Source of the DNA: Phoronis australis
Taxonomy: Eukaryota > Animalia > Phoronida
NCBI GenBank assembly: GCA_002633005.1
Contig: NMRA01000583.1
Span: 1 to 64,000 of the forward strand
DNA length: 64,000 nucleotides
Direction of reading: 5' to 3'
Part shown: positions 1-13,565 of the stretch, in pieces
How positions within the stretch are numbered: position 1 is the first letter of the stretch
Layout: each line of letters starts with the position of its first letter
Program-made: the position numbers and the translations under genes
Notes under the pieces: model-generated
Told to the model about the DNA's origin: nothing
Database searches by the model: none
The model's input: the letters and a program-made list of their open reading frames with translations, nothing else

Positions 1-264
1 CTTTGAGCAGCTTTTTTGGTGTAATAATGTTCAGTATTTACGGACTGAATAAACAAAAATGTTGACCTAATAAATACCACAAAAAGTATAAAAAGTTATG
101 GTTGACAATTTAAAACAATAAATACAAGGATTCATGAGAGAATATATCAATCATAAGTGTCGCAAATGGTAAGTTCTGAAGTGTCTCTGTCTTTTAACTG
201 TCAAAAAGTTGTTTTAAAAGATGAACAGGTACGACTATCTTTGATTTAAACAAGCAGACGGTAC

Positions 265-1666
265 CATTAGCAAAGCCGGATTGGGCTTTTTCAAGCGCAG
301 ATTTTAGGTTCTTCATGGTCTGAGTGGTTTCAGCTTCCACGCCCCCAGGGACCAATTGCCCAGTGGCTGGATCGATGCCCATAAGACCAGCAGAGAACAC
401 ATTGACACCAGTGTTCACTATATCACTGAAACAGAGTATCATCAAGTAAAATAGAGTATCATCAAGTAAAACAATGGACTTGTTGATTCTGGGAGCCTCG
501 CTTTTACAGATACTATACATGGCGCCACATACAAAGACCACTGGAAAAAGACACTGTTACGCTACGCCATAACTACTACAGTAAGCTGAAACGAGATGTA
601 CTATCTTGTTAAATATAAACATGCACAGAAAATTTTGTTAACTATCAACCCAAAATGATGTTACTGTTGCTCTGAGCTTAACTAGAATCAGGTATATATA
701 TTATGCTAATCAAGTAAAAAACCAGACCAGAAAACCACTCAGAAACAACGGAACTATGGCACCACAAACCAAAAAGGTGAAAAATGGCTGCCACACTGGC
801 ATCTTGCAGTCAATTTCAACTAAAAACAATAGGATTTGAGCTATTCACAAATTGCGATCACACATTTTGTGCAAATTCTACCCTGACATGATAAGAAATG
901 TGACCTGTACTAGCGTGCGAACAAACAAAAAACAAACAAATTTTAAGTCCAAGCAACATACTTGGAGAAACTGCATTTTGGTAAGTAATTAAAAGTCATT
1001 TACATTACAGTACTGTGGCACTGTCATGGTCTTGGATTGTAAGAATCTGAGTTTCTTCCACTGAACAAAGGGGGAAGTAAACTGGTTCTCAAATACCAGG
1101 ACTACTGTAAGCAGGAGTACTGTAAGCAGGAGTTCTGTAAGCAGGAGTACTGTAAGCAGGCAAGGTAAGTGACTGGAACCTAACAAACTTTCTAATGCAT
1201 TGGGCAAGACCAAAGAAACTACCTTGTGTTTATTTTATATTGAGTAATAGATGGCGCTCCAGTACCGTCAATTGTTCCACAGAAAAAAGCGAACCCCACG
1301 AGTCACGGATAAATTGCCTCCATTTCATCAATCGAATTCTGAACAGTATTACAAGCCATTATTTGCAAACGTTACTACGTTCTGTAAATGTAAAGTTCAA
1401 ACCTCAACTTGGCCATTCTGTTGTCATTTGATTTAATTTGGCCTACTCATGATTTACACTACAGCCTAGCTAGTCATTGCCTAGGCACCCGGGCACTCGC
1501 TTAACACAACTGATATCTCAACGCAAACTAACCATTTATCGCAGTGGTAACAGCGTAAAAACCACACCAGATTCGTCAATTGCCTCCTATGTACTTACCA
1601 CGATGTTTGGTCACATTTCGGACTTGGTTTGACCACAGTGCGTGGAAAGGTAACGTGCTGTGCCAT
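265..1666 (-). CDS. RIDA: RidA/HRSP12-family paralogue A, 5' part (3' exons lie left of the window)
   Basis: Exons 1666-1599 (MAQHVTFPRTVVKPSPKCDQTS, donor gtaagt, phase 2) and 425-265 (C-DIVNTGVNVFSAGLMGIDPATGQLVPGGVEAETTQTMKNLKSALEKAQSGFAN, acceptor ttcag, donor gtacc). The GIDPATGQLVPGGV..ET.Q..KNL pattern is typical of RidA, and intron phases match copy B. Confidence 0.85.
784..990 (+). repeat. Dispersed repeat 3' end, family 3; second copy at 50030-50236
   Basis: ATGG..GCCAC...AACAATAGG.TTTGAGCTA...(ACAA)n...GCAACA.A.TTGGAGAAA aligns by eye with 50030-50236. Confidence 0.6.
1101..1160. repeat. 15-bp minisatellite (CTGTAAGCAGGAGTA) x4
   Basis: Direct reading; it produces the spurious LLTVLL ORF. 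Confidence 0.9.
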
Positions 1667-1690
1667 TCTAGACGAAGTCAAACCCATAAC

Positions 1691-1700
1691 GTCACGTGAC
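1691..1700. promoter_or_regulatory. Palindromic E-box GTCACGTGAC (USF/MiT-TFE type) about 25 nt upstream of the RidA-A ATG
   Basis: Exact motif seen; a second CACGTGAC lies near 1806. Function is inferred. Confidence 0.4.
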
Positions 1701-4700
1701 TTAAGCATCAGGTTTGAATGCTTTAATAAATGTTGTTACTAATGAGTGACTCACTTCCACGAAAAAACCTTTTTAATGCATTGCCATGTTCATAAATTTT
1801 ACAAACACGTGACTTTAACTCATGAGAGTTATTTTGATTATGGCGTGCGAAATCAGAAACCTTTGTTAACGTGGTGCAGAGAAATTCACTGAGACCATGG
1901 ATACTCTTGTGGTGAGGAGTCTAGCTGGGCATGTACTCGCTTTGCCGCAATAAGCGCGATCTCTGAGTTGGAACACAGATTGATTCAGTTCTCAATATCG
2001 ACCCCATCTAGAGAGCAAGGGAAAGTAGAGTCATCTCGCTCTTTCGTTACTGTCACTTGGGAACATGGCGGATCGAGGGGGCTCGGGGATCCGGGGGGGA
2101 GGCCGGCCCGCGGAGACTGATCATCATATTGACAACTTCAAGGTGCCAGCAGGCACTTACTGCGGTAGGCAGTACTTTCAGCAAGTTGTGCGGGACCCGC
2201 GTGGATCAGGTCCAATAAGCCCTTAAATTTCGTCGTCCCCGCAGACAGCAAACGCCACCGTAGACTGCATGGCCCGAGGCACAGCGCGGCGCCACAAAAT
2301 GTATTGGCGATGAGGCAGAAAAATCTACCCCTCAAAAGGAGTAGGGAATTAGCAAATCTGGCACCCGCAATAGGGGGTCTCTCAGCAATTTTTGGTACAC
2401 GCCTGCGGACACTGACCTTGCCAATATGAGAGACCCCCCCCGCGGTTTAGCTGTGCCGCTTTGAGGCGGATCAGTGATTTTAGTGTCTGGGTCACAATAT
2501 TGTGCCTATTCAATTACATACAAATGTAGCCTATACGACTGGGGCATCAAGTTCTCCAGAAAACAGTGCACAAGCAAAGCGCATTGTCACGGTGGTGGTT
2601 CACGTTCCGTAACTTTCGCTCTATTCAGCCTCGGTCATGTGATCATTGGACAATTTTTTCAGTCCCTGGTGTAACGTATTTCTTTTCTAAAGACGAAGGC
2701 AAAAACAACTTTGTCGCATCTGTGAAAGCAATTTAACTTTACAGTGGACACATATATAACCAACGCATATTACGTCACCCATCGGAGGGATCAGGCTCAA
2801 ATCTGAAGTGCTAGACTGATCGTTCCCGCGCAAAACTCTAGTTACTCGTCTCAAAAGAACTTAACACGACGTGCTCGTCTTTTTTGTTTTCGAAACTGAG
2901 GAGGCTCTCAGTCTAGCTGACTGGCCCGTAAAACCACGCCTGCACCCTTTTTACAGGGCCTGTTTATTTTCCCATGACGTCGTGTTTTTTCTTCTCATCA
3001 ATCATAAAAATGTTATTAATCTACAATTAAAGTAACACAGCAGGGTCATAACACTGAGACAACTCCTACGCAAACATTTGAGGTTATGTAGTATTTCCCA
3101 ACGCTCTTGCTCTTCGTGGCTCAAGCTAGCTGCTATCGATGCTGAAGAAAATCTGTTTGCTAAATAGACTTTAAAAATTCAAAGACGGCTAAGTAAAAAA
3201 CAGTGGTGTTTTGTGTGTTTTACTTATCGCAATTATCTCATCAGCCAAGCCCCTGATAGCGACTAGCTCATTTCAATCCGTGACAAAGGCTTGATGAGCT
3301 GAGGAATTCTTGTACTCTGGGGGTAAACAGTGCACGCTTTCTAGTCTACTTGCGTGCCCGTACTCCTGTTAGAGTAAGTTTTGCCACGATATTATCAATT
3401 AATTCGTCAGTTCTGCTTCGAAATCGTGCAACCCCAGTATGTCACTGAAAGAACGACCTAGTTCCCGGCAAGCTCTTGAAGCTTAGGCCATCAATACTGA
3501 CTGTCACTCTTTCTCCAGTTTTTAATAATTTATGATAGCCAGCCTTCATCAGAAAGACAGGGTTCTTTTATGGGTGACTGGCGAAATTCTTTTTAAGATC
3601 GTTAGTCAAACCATCATGTGGACTGGAAACACGCTCACGTCGATCACACTCAGCTGATGGGAAGGACTGAGGGTATGATTTTTGATGATCGTTTAAAGTG
3701 TATAGGTTTTACGGATGCATTAACTGGTGAGAGGACGAGGATTGGTCGACACACTCAAAACAGGGATTTGCATCTCTTCAACCTTTTCCGTACTAAGTCG
3801 GCGGATGAAGCCCCCGCTTTTCCGATTCGTGTATAGTTGGACATAAGCTTTCCTTTGTGAAAAAGTTGCAAACAATGTGGGACTAGAAAAGTTTCAAACA
3901 GAAACATGCTTTTCAACAGAAGTTTATTCACGTTTGTACATACAAGTATTGCATTATAAACTTTTGAATTGATGCCATAACCAAAAAGTGATCCAAAATG
4001 CCACAGTACTTGTGAACGCCCCCGACCATAGATACTCGACAATAACAGGCTATCATAAGATGGCAGGCGCTTGACAGCAAATGAAACTCGCAGTCACATT
4101 AGCAGAATATCAATAGACAAACAGAAAAATGGTTATTTCACATCATTCTCGGTTACCTTTCAAAAACAGCTACTAACCCTCCCACTGTCAAAAAATAACA
4201 TCCTACTATACCTTACTGGTAATACAACCGATTCTTGGGGTTGGTTATTGTAACAGATCAGGTTGAATGACTAGTTGGCACCACACGCCTACACGACGAG
4301 CATGGTCTCAAACGCTGTGGAGCATGAAATAATGTCTTCTATAAAGGAAATGACCAAAATCACATCGGACGGCTTATCGCCGCGCATTAATTAAAGCGAG
4401 AAACTTGGAGCTTTAAGCCAGTCGTGTTTGTTCAAGGAATGTACAGGTTGCCATGAAGGCTGTCGTGAAGTTCTAAACATGGGAGGGAGATTTTTAGTGA
4501 AAGTTGGCCAAAGGTATCACTTGGATTTAAAGTTTTAAAACAGTGTTTATAAACAAGTCCATGATTGGAGAGAAGTCAGCCAGCCACCTTCCATTGACAT
4601 ACCGACTCAACAAAGGAAACTCATGTCTGAAATAGTGGTAGTAGGTATCTCATCCATGAACTCAGTGTTGACTCAAACAGAACTACTTGGGACCATTTTA

Positions 4701-5151
4701 AGGTTAAAGAATCGTCAGATATTCCTCGTCAACTAGTGGCATGAAAAGTGTAATGTACATTCTCTGGTTTCAATCGGCTTGAAACATCAATGTCCTACAG
4801 TCAATTGCAGATTGCTCAATGCAGAGAATGTTTTATTGCCCGGACAAACTCCTTGTATTAACAGGGTCCAATGTAAGAAACGAGCAATGATAGGGTATGA
4901 GCAAGCTGCATTTATCCATGTTTAACTGGCTAAAAATGAAAATCAGGATGTAACTTGATCAAGACTAACTTCACTAAAAGGACCATGAATGAGAGGATCA
5001 ATCCTTAGACCAACCACAGAGTCACTAACAGCTGCTCAATACATGCCACGGATTCTTAATTACAGACTTCAAACAGTTCTACAACAAAAAATTATATATT
5101 ATGTCACCATAGCAACCAATTTAACAACAAAATATCTTGGGTTCAGGCTGT

Positions 5152-8100
5152 CTACTCTTTGTCCGGCAGATCCATGGTAAGGGCCCAGGCTTCAATCTGC
5201 ACACGAGCTCCCTGTGAAAAGAACCATCATATATGAGACTGAGTAATTAGGTTGCGAAAAGTCTTCAGAGCAAAATCTCGCATGTTGGAGAAATATAATG
5301 CCAACCCCCAACCTACTTTAGCTGTTCAAAATGATTCACTATTGCATTTCCAAGACTATTCACGCAAATTTACAGTTTTATTATGCATTGACGTCACTTT
5401 TGTTTGTGAATAAAGCATAGTCTATGAATAAAGTCAACCAGGAATCATAGAAATCTAACAAAATGATAATTGCGTTAAAGAGAAAAGGACGTTGTTAATA
5501 AGAATGCCCATGCAAACCCTGAGAGGGGAAGATTGGCAGCCCAAGGTTTAACTAGACATAACAATTACATTGCCCATTGCTACTGACTTAAAAGACACTA
5601 GATGGTCAGCCAACCAACAAATGTTAATCTCTTTAACTGCTAAGAACCACACCATGAACCTAGTTGACATCTATATTTCAAAATAAAACCTTAATAACTA
5701 CAAGTACATGACAATGTGAATAAGTGATTCATGGCTCCACAATGTATACACCTACCTTAGGCAATGCTTCAACTGCATATGCTGCTCTGGCTGGGAATTT
5801 ACCATCCGGAAAACCTGAAATATTTAATATATAAAGAACTTCATCAGACCTAGCTTTGACCAGAGACATCAACTTTTTAGTTTGGCCACAAATTCTTAGA
5901 AAACTGATTTTAACTGATTGAATGGATTCCAAAGTACAAGCCTTTGAAAAAAAAATAACCTTTTAGTTTGTTCTGAAAAGCTAAAACTCATGACCCCCAC
6001 CTGTTTATAAACCGTGCTTACAAGCCTATAAAGCAATTAGTAAATTCTAATCAGTCTATACTGCAGTCAATCAAGTCTGAAAAGGAAGCTGCAGTGCATT
6101 CTTGACAAAACAGATACCCTCAAACATGGCATTGCCTGTGATTTTAACTGAATTGAAATGAGACACAAAGAAGGCCAGAAAGCTTGTTTACTTACAGGTT
6201 TTGTATTCAGCGTCCACAACACTAAAGTCATTGATATCTGTCAGGAAGATCTTTGCCTTGACAACTAAAAATAAAATTACCAAATAAGAGAGAGTCTGGC
6301 ATTATAAAATGAAAGACCTTTTTTTCACTCCAATTAGTTTTACATTCTATAACAGCAAAATTCAATCATTATCACAGAAGAAAGTTCACACCAAAAATAG
6401 AAAACTTTCAAAGCACACGTATGTTCCAGCTTATGTCCATGCACCTGGCATCACAAATTATGTGGTTTCTAAATGTTCTTACGGTGATTTTGCATATAAG
6501 CAATTGGTTCATGCACTTAGCTTCACTTATGGCAAAATGTCTTCTATTTGAGACGAAATAATTGACCTAAAGGCCTTATTCATTCTTGAAGTGCTGCTTA
6601 CATTCTTGTGATGGTCACATTGTTTCAAAACAGTATCTAATGGTGTGACATATATTTCATGAAAAAAATGATCAAATAAAACTTCCCTTGCCAGCTATAT
6701 CGTGTCCGAAATAGGGGAGAAATTACCAATATACAGAAAGGAGCAGGCGGCTATCCCTTGCATACATTTTTAAACTGGGTATTTTCTGTGCACCGTTTAT
6801 CTATTCTTTGTACTTTACATTCCAGTGCCATTTTGTGACAGTCGAATCAAACAAGTTGGAAACACATGCTACTGTAAGAAGATGCTACTTTGTGTTCACC
6901 CAGGTGTTGTGTGTATGGGTATATGGTCCATCCAGGCAATGAATGTAGGCAGAGATTCACATGAAAGCAGGTTGACTAAACAGATGCAAGGTCCAGGTCA
7001 CGCGTAAAAGACAGAGATTCACATCAAGGCATGTTGACTATAGGTGCAGGTGGCTTAATGTACAGATGTTGTAAAACAAACTTAGAAATGTCAAAATAAC
7101 AAAACATCTTGATTACATTCCTGTTTGAGTACACACTCATAGGCTTGTAATTGGGGAGGTATAAAGATGGGGGTGGGCTTATATGCAGGTCAGCTTAAAT
7201 TGGGGAGGTACAAAGACGGGGTGGGCTTATATGCAGGTCAGCTTAAACCAGACATTCGTGTAAAATCCCACAAGGTTGTACTGCGCCATAGTGCTTGTAT
7301 CACCTATATTTAGAATTCAGTGAACGTGCAGTCGAGATTTGTTGTATTCTAATAGCGACATGGTACAAGTAAAAGGCCGACATGGACAGAGTGGTAAGAC
7401 AGTGGGTATACACCTGAACAGTTGGCCTTATGAGATATGTAGTGGGAGTGGAGTTTGGACAGATACCTGAATGGATGCAACAATAATCACTGAATCTTAC
7501 TATGTTTAAAACCAGCTTTGGCTGACGTCAGAAGTGTGCCAACATTCTTAAGAGCTTGTTTGGCCTCGGCTCCAACACCGCCTGATACCAACTGACCACT
7601 GGGGTCAGCACCAATCTGGCCTGACACGAACATGGTGTTGTTGACTGAGATGGCTTGGCTGCAATAAAAATGTAGCTAGGCTATGACTGGTGTAATCAAA
7701 GTTTGTAATACTTGAATACTTTACAAGGAACCAAGACTCTGCCTGTGTATGCTAATATGTTGCTGATTGAAAGCCCGTAACACGTTTGGGGAAAAACATT
7801 TGTCCGCTGGGTATTCTTGGTTCCGTCTTGAACAGATGAGACAATAGTTGAATAGCCCCTATTATGTCAAAAAGCTTACTCATAAAGAGGTTAGCCTACA
7901 GTCGGGGGCATTGGTCCCCCACTCATTTGCCATTGAGAACGCACTGCTAGGCCTAATGAATCAGTGAAGAACGCCCGCCTCTGAAGTTTAGTGGCTGAAA
8001 CTGATGATTCACAAAATCAGGGATCACCTAATGACATTATTATCAAGAAGTGTGAAACTTTCAAGTTTATGATGAATTATGATCAAGACTGCAGGTGCTA

Positions 8101-8384
8101 ATTTTTGGCTCTAGACCTACAGACTTAAACGACTTGGATAGGCTGCAAATTGGACAACGATGCATGATGCATGTCAAGCAAGGCCTACCAGTCGGCACTC
8201 GGTAAAGCGGAAGGAGGGACTGACTGTGTCACTACAACAAAGAGTAGGAAAAATCAAGACTTATTTCGAGTGACGTACAAAGCATGTGTTGCACAAGATT
8301 TAAACTATGTATTCATTACCTAAATGCGCCTAATGGCGGTGGGGCATTCGCCGATTTCACAACCAACCGTACAATCGCAGCCAT
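5152..8384 (-). CDS. RIDA: RidA/HRSP12 2-iminobutanoate/2-iminopropanoate deaminase, paralogue B, complete, 136 aa
   Basis: Five GT-AG exons with consistent phases: 8384-8320, 7658-7501, 6264-6196, 5814-5756, 5211-5152. Protein: MAAIVRLVVKSANAPPPLGAFSQAISVNNTMFVSGQIGADPSGQLVSGGVGAEAKQALKNVG...VKAKIFLTDINDFSVVDAEYKTCFPDGKFPARAAYAVEALPKGARVQIEAWALTMDLPDKE*. The PAR Arg and the IEA Glu are retained. AATAAA on the minus strand at 4832-4837. Confidence 0.95.
7150..7247. repeat. About 49-bp direct tandem duplication in RidA-B intron 2
   Basis: TTGGGGAGGTA.AAAGA.GGGGTGGGCTTATATGCAGGTCAGCTTAAA occurs twice. Confidence 0.85.
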
Positions 8385-9694
8385 GTTGCTTCTTCTACTT
8401 GCAGAACACAGTGAGGCTCTGTACGTGTGTATCGGGGCCTTCCGGAACGCGCTTTCAAGGTTTTCAAAATATACCAAGCACGAATTTGTCATGCCGGGTA
8501 GGCCTACTGAGTATCGCCCCGAGAGAAGTTTGCAGGCAAATACCGGTTTAAATAAAAGGCTTAATTCAAAAAAAGTCTTTCAAATCATTGTAAGAGGCGT
8601 TTTGCCTCAGGCAAGGGACAAAACGTCATTTTTTTCAAGATCGAAGTCGCTAATTCCCCATCACATTTGCAATCCCCTTATAGCCTACATAATGGTAGAC
8701 TGTAGATCAATGATTATAGCGCCCAGCAGCACAGAGCACTTAGCGGCAGTGATGCGCCGAGTAGGCCTACCACTCACATCTCACGGTAACACAACGATGG
8801 AATCGATTGTCTCGATTTTTCTGCCGGGGTATGATCATGGAATTATTTGAAACTCTGATGATATTTAGCCTTCCATACTTGTATTAAAAGTGGTCCCCTT
8901 TCAGCCGGACCGCGGGCCGGGCTCTCTCGCGGAGGGCCGGCGGCAGTGACGCGGGGCCCAGTGGTGATTCTCCGTCCGGGTAAATTCTCCTGGACCCTCG
9001 TTGGGGAACCGTGACTGGGACAACCAGTTCGCACAAGCGTGCCCTAATCCAGACAGTGACTAACCTGTCCTCAGTATGATTCACAAATTATGGCTTCCCT
9101 ACGATCGATCATGGCTCAAGAAATGACCTCAGTATACTCTAATTTCTCTTATGCATCGATTTTAAAAAAGACGGTTACCATTTACTTTTATTTTCAAAAA
9201 CGGTCATGTTGATCGTTTGCCTAATTACCGTAATGTTCGTTTTTTGACATGGGAAATTTTAATTATCGTACGCTAAACCATGCAGGCGGTGTCATCATGA
9301 CCTGTCCGAGGAATTCACTGGGATAGGTCTACTAGTGTGGGGCGAGCTGTCCACTTGAGTGCAAATCCTGCTTGCGTATGATTTGCCTAATGATGCAGCT
9401 GTCTACGATGGGAAGAAGGTACTGAATGAATTCTAAATTCCGTCACCGGAAACTCCTCCTCCCCCCCCAAAAAATCGTGCAAAGCACAGCAGTATCAAGT
9501 CAGTCCAAAATGACTGTATGCAAACAGATATGCCGTGATACACGAAAGTCAAGCATTCTAAAGATATGCGCGACTTTTCACCGCTCGATCCTTCTGAGCG
9601 GCTTTTATGCCAGGATCGGACTCAGTCGGACTCAGTTGCGATGACCGCATTGTCCTATGCGAGCAAGAACGACCCAATTAAGTGTAATTAACCG

Positions 9695-9857
9695 TAGTGG
9701 CGGATTTAGAGGGGGCAAAGGGGCCATGGCGCCCTAAAGTTCTGCCAGATTCCATTTGGCAGTTCGGGGGTGCGAATGTCTGACGGCCGGGCAAAATCCT
9801 GACTAATACATGCACTCTACCCTGCCCCCCCAACTCCAAATCCTGGATCCGCCCCTG
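9695..9857 (+). mobile_element. MITE family 1, short copy
   Basis: Termini AGTGGCGGATTTAG...CCTGGATCCGCCCCTG. Internal CCATTTGGCAGTTCG.GGGTGCGAA is shared with 20598-20895 (reverse) and 52412-52660. Confidence 0.75.
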
Positions 9858-12800
9858 ATTAACCGGCCATAAACTGTAGTAAACATCTCTGGCTGTACAT
9901 AGTAGCGAATTTTCAAAATGCATTAATCAACCAACAGTTTTCGTTAAAAACTTGAACAAATACCACAGCGGTATTCAGATGGAAAAAACAACCAAGTTTG
10001 GTTATCGATTTTTAAAGGTACCCGATGAACTAGTAAGCTAATGGATCGAAGATAAACGACTGTCCGTATTTAGATACTCGGTGGATTTAGAAACGCTGAT
10101 CAGAGTTAACAACATCACGTGGATTATTCTTCTAATATGAACTAAGCTACATGTAAACAACTAAAAACAACACACAGTGACTAAATTAGATGTCGTAACT
10201 TTATGGCCCAGCCATTGCATGCCGAACTACTTTGCTCGAGGAGTAGACAAACTGATATTCGTGGAAACTGAATGCGCCAATTTCGGTAATTAGCTTGTAG
10301 GTGCAATGGAACACGTGTGAAGACGATGGCTAGCTTTTTAGTCAACGATCAGAGAGTGCAAGCAGTGGATGAGGTTGGTCCGTAGGCATGAGCTGTGATT
10401 TCATTCTTTTGGACTCAGGAAAAGCTAGAATTCATGTGAGTTACTGCAACCAAAATTGCCCATAGGTTCCAAATCTTCAGTTTGGCTAGATCACCATATT
10501 TGTACTTTTATATATATTTTATGATTTGAGTTCTAATAAAGATTGAACTTGAACTGATGACGTAGGTTCGTTTGCTGTGACATGTTAGTGTAGCTATGAA
10601 TCTGGAAAATTCAGGGATGGGTTCACAATTAACTGACTCCTAATTTGTTTTCAGACTTCGTTTAAAAACAAAATAAATGAAAAGATGGCAACCCTGAGGA
10701 AAAAATACAAGTAGACAGGAGTATTAAAAATAAAGTAAGCCTAATGAAAACAGGTATGAAACATTTAAAACCAACGTTCCATTAGGAAGTGGCCGCGCCC
10801 TTTGTCAATATCAACGCAAATTAAAGTTTTATTTCTTTTTTGTAATATTTAAAATGTAAGTTAAAACTACTCTCCACAATGTAGGCTTTAACTCTGTGCA
10901 AATGCCAGAGAAAACCAACTTGGGTGTAATAACAACCACCATTGTTAAAAAAGTAGTGCTAGCTATTACCTTTCCACTTCATTAGCGCAGATCTACATCA
11001 ATACAAAGAGCGTGCTGTATAAGCATCATAAAAGTTGTCTGGGGCTTATGAGCGGTGACCAGTGTAAGCGAGAATAGATCTCTCAGGACCGGCATCCGAA
11101 AGGATGTAAGCCCGGTGAACATGACGATTACTACTTGTGGATTATGCACACGCATGAAAAGGAATATTTCCGATTGTCTTAGTATGTCGACACTTTCAAT
11201 TCACGATCCCTTACACCACAATTAAATGTAAGACTCGCGTGTCGAACATACTAGCGGGGATCACGACGACCGTTTACAGCCGGCCCGAGTAGGGCTACCG
11301 ATATCTACGGAAGTACATGGTGGCAAAAAGATTTTTGGAGTTCATAACTCATAAGTTAGCTAAACTACCTTTGGAATGAACCAAAATAGGTCTACGTGTT
11401 AACACAAATGAATCTGGAAAATTGCTTACGTGACCCAAACCCGTGGGACGGTCAGTGTTCCATATCTTCTCCCACGATTGCCGTCACCCGCGGCATCTGT
11501 GCGCACATGACGAGGACATCCCGTAGCTCCCAACTTGTTCGATTCTATAGCCCAACAACAAGTCGGGAAGTTTATACCCCCGTAGCCAATATCTTACACG
11601 ACTGATTAACTCCATTCTGGCATTGATAGTTGGAGGGCCTGTGCTCTTTAGTTCGATAATTGCTCTAATCTCCGATCAGATCGTATCTAGCCTGACTGGG
11701 CTGATAAAAATGAAAGTCAAGTTATAACATATTTGAGCTTAAACCAATAGCATTTTGAACGACAGAACGCTGTAAGGATCTGCCTTTAAGAATTGCTCAT
11801 ACTATTCTGTTCAGATCGATGAAAAACGCATTTGTTGGCCGATTTACACGTTTAGTATCTACAAAAATCGACTGATAAGTATGACCCTAATACAATAAAC
11901 TTCCCACTGGCAAAAACTGCCACTAATCTTGACTATAGGGCCAGCGCTAACGGAAAGGTACGAGCTATGCTGCCCTCTTAAGTGAATTAAGCTGATCTGA
12001 CCAGCGGCTAGCATTGCATAGTTCGATCATCCAAAGACACCACCAGTTGGCACGAGCGGTCAGCTCAGAGCTGTAGATCACTGGAGGTGAAAACACCCTG
12101 GTTACGTGCTGTCCCTTAGTTCTCATTACTCACTCTCAGTGAAATTTTGTTGAAATATGGTTACAAAGTTCTGATGTCTGCCTCCTCGGTGTGTGCTAAC
12201 CCAATAGAAAAACTATGGAAGTATAGACCATTTGGTAAATAAGCCCGCATAAATAAGCACAATGTCTGCTCTAACTGCACCATCGTCTATCTCACAAAAG
12301 TGACTAAAGATTCGAGACAGAAATTAAAGTCTTCCAACTTCTTTTTCACAATTACTGGAAAAAAGGTTGAGCCAAGGACTCAGGAGGGCATCAGTCTAAA
12401 AATAAGTTAAAGAAATTATCTCAGTAAAGCAGTTAGTGTATAATACCAGATACTTAGCACTTTTGCCCAAGTGAGATTTATTTTTCTGAAATATACGTGT
12501 GAAAAGAACGACCAAATTTCTGTCCTTAGTTTTTTAAGTCACTTTCAAGGCACAAGGTCTAATCTCTAAACTAGAATTATTTTTCAAACTTTCATTCGAT
12601 TTTTGTGCAACTCCAGCAAATACCAGTGGAGTAAATCAGCAGCTAGTCAAAGTTTGCACTGGGTGACCCTTATACAAACACCAGTAAAAACTCAAAATTG
12701 AGTCCAGACTAAAAAGTTGCAGCTTTAAATTAATGGTTGGGTCCTCAAGTGCAAACTATGGCTGGACAGTCATTCACATAAACCACAACTAATCCACAAT

Positions 12801-13565
12801 GCACTCAGGCACAGAATGATAGCCTTCTTCTTAAGATGGCACAAAAGCAGAACAGAAATCGTGAAAAAATAATTTTGAGTTCAATTTGGAGTTCACAGAT
12901 GAGACCCTGGGCTCAGTATAAAGAAAACCTTAAGGCAGGGGTATTATATACTTTGTTGGAGGCGATCACAGCAAGACGAAATGTTATAGTACTCATTATG
13001 CACTGTACTGAGCAGTAACTTGTGAAATACCAGCAGCAAACAGCTGCCCACAGTAGAATGTGTACCCATTAGTTAGCCCTAAAACTTTGGCAATTAGCGG
13101 AAAACAAAACTAGCACTAACTGGTGACAGTTTATTTAACATCAATAGCAGAAGTGGAAATACATAACATTGGTGAGAAAAAAGAAACAAGTGATGAAACA
13201 GAACGCTATGTAGAATATTATGAACAACCATGACATTTATGCATTAATTGCAAGGAAAACATGTTCTAACTGCCAACACACAACTTAAAGTATGCAGATT
13301 AATATTGGATACTTTGATTTCATGCTTTCCATGGAGCTATTGTCCAATGTACCAAGCATAATGCCACAAGAGAATCTACTCATAGACTTACTGCAAATGC
13401 AACCGGATCAAAAATCCAAAACTTCGAAAGAAACCACCAGTACAGACATATATGAAATGAGAATTTACATTCTATATCACGGCTCCAGTGTACAGATGAC
13501 TCAAGGCTCACATGACAGTCGTATACAGAGGGTCACTAGAGCTTTGCTGACTCACTACCATACAG

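Noticed and set aside
426-541. N-terminal part of ORF 194-541 (MYSICKSEAPRINK) as RidA-A exon 1
   Set aside because: No good in-phase donor. Exon 1666-1599 has a consensus donor, the correct phase and the expected length.
8284-8850. 188-aa plus-strand ORF
   Set aside because: Antisense to RidA-B exon 1 and its promoter, with no recognisable domain.
8886-9080. RNase P/MRP RNA near POP1
   Set aside because: The conserved CR-I (GAAAGTCCCC or GGAAGGTCTGAG) and CR-V motifs are not visible on either strand.
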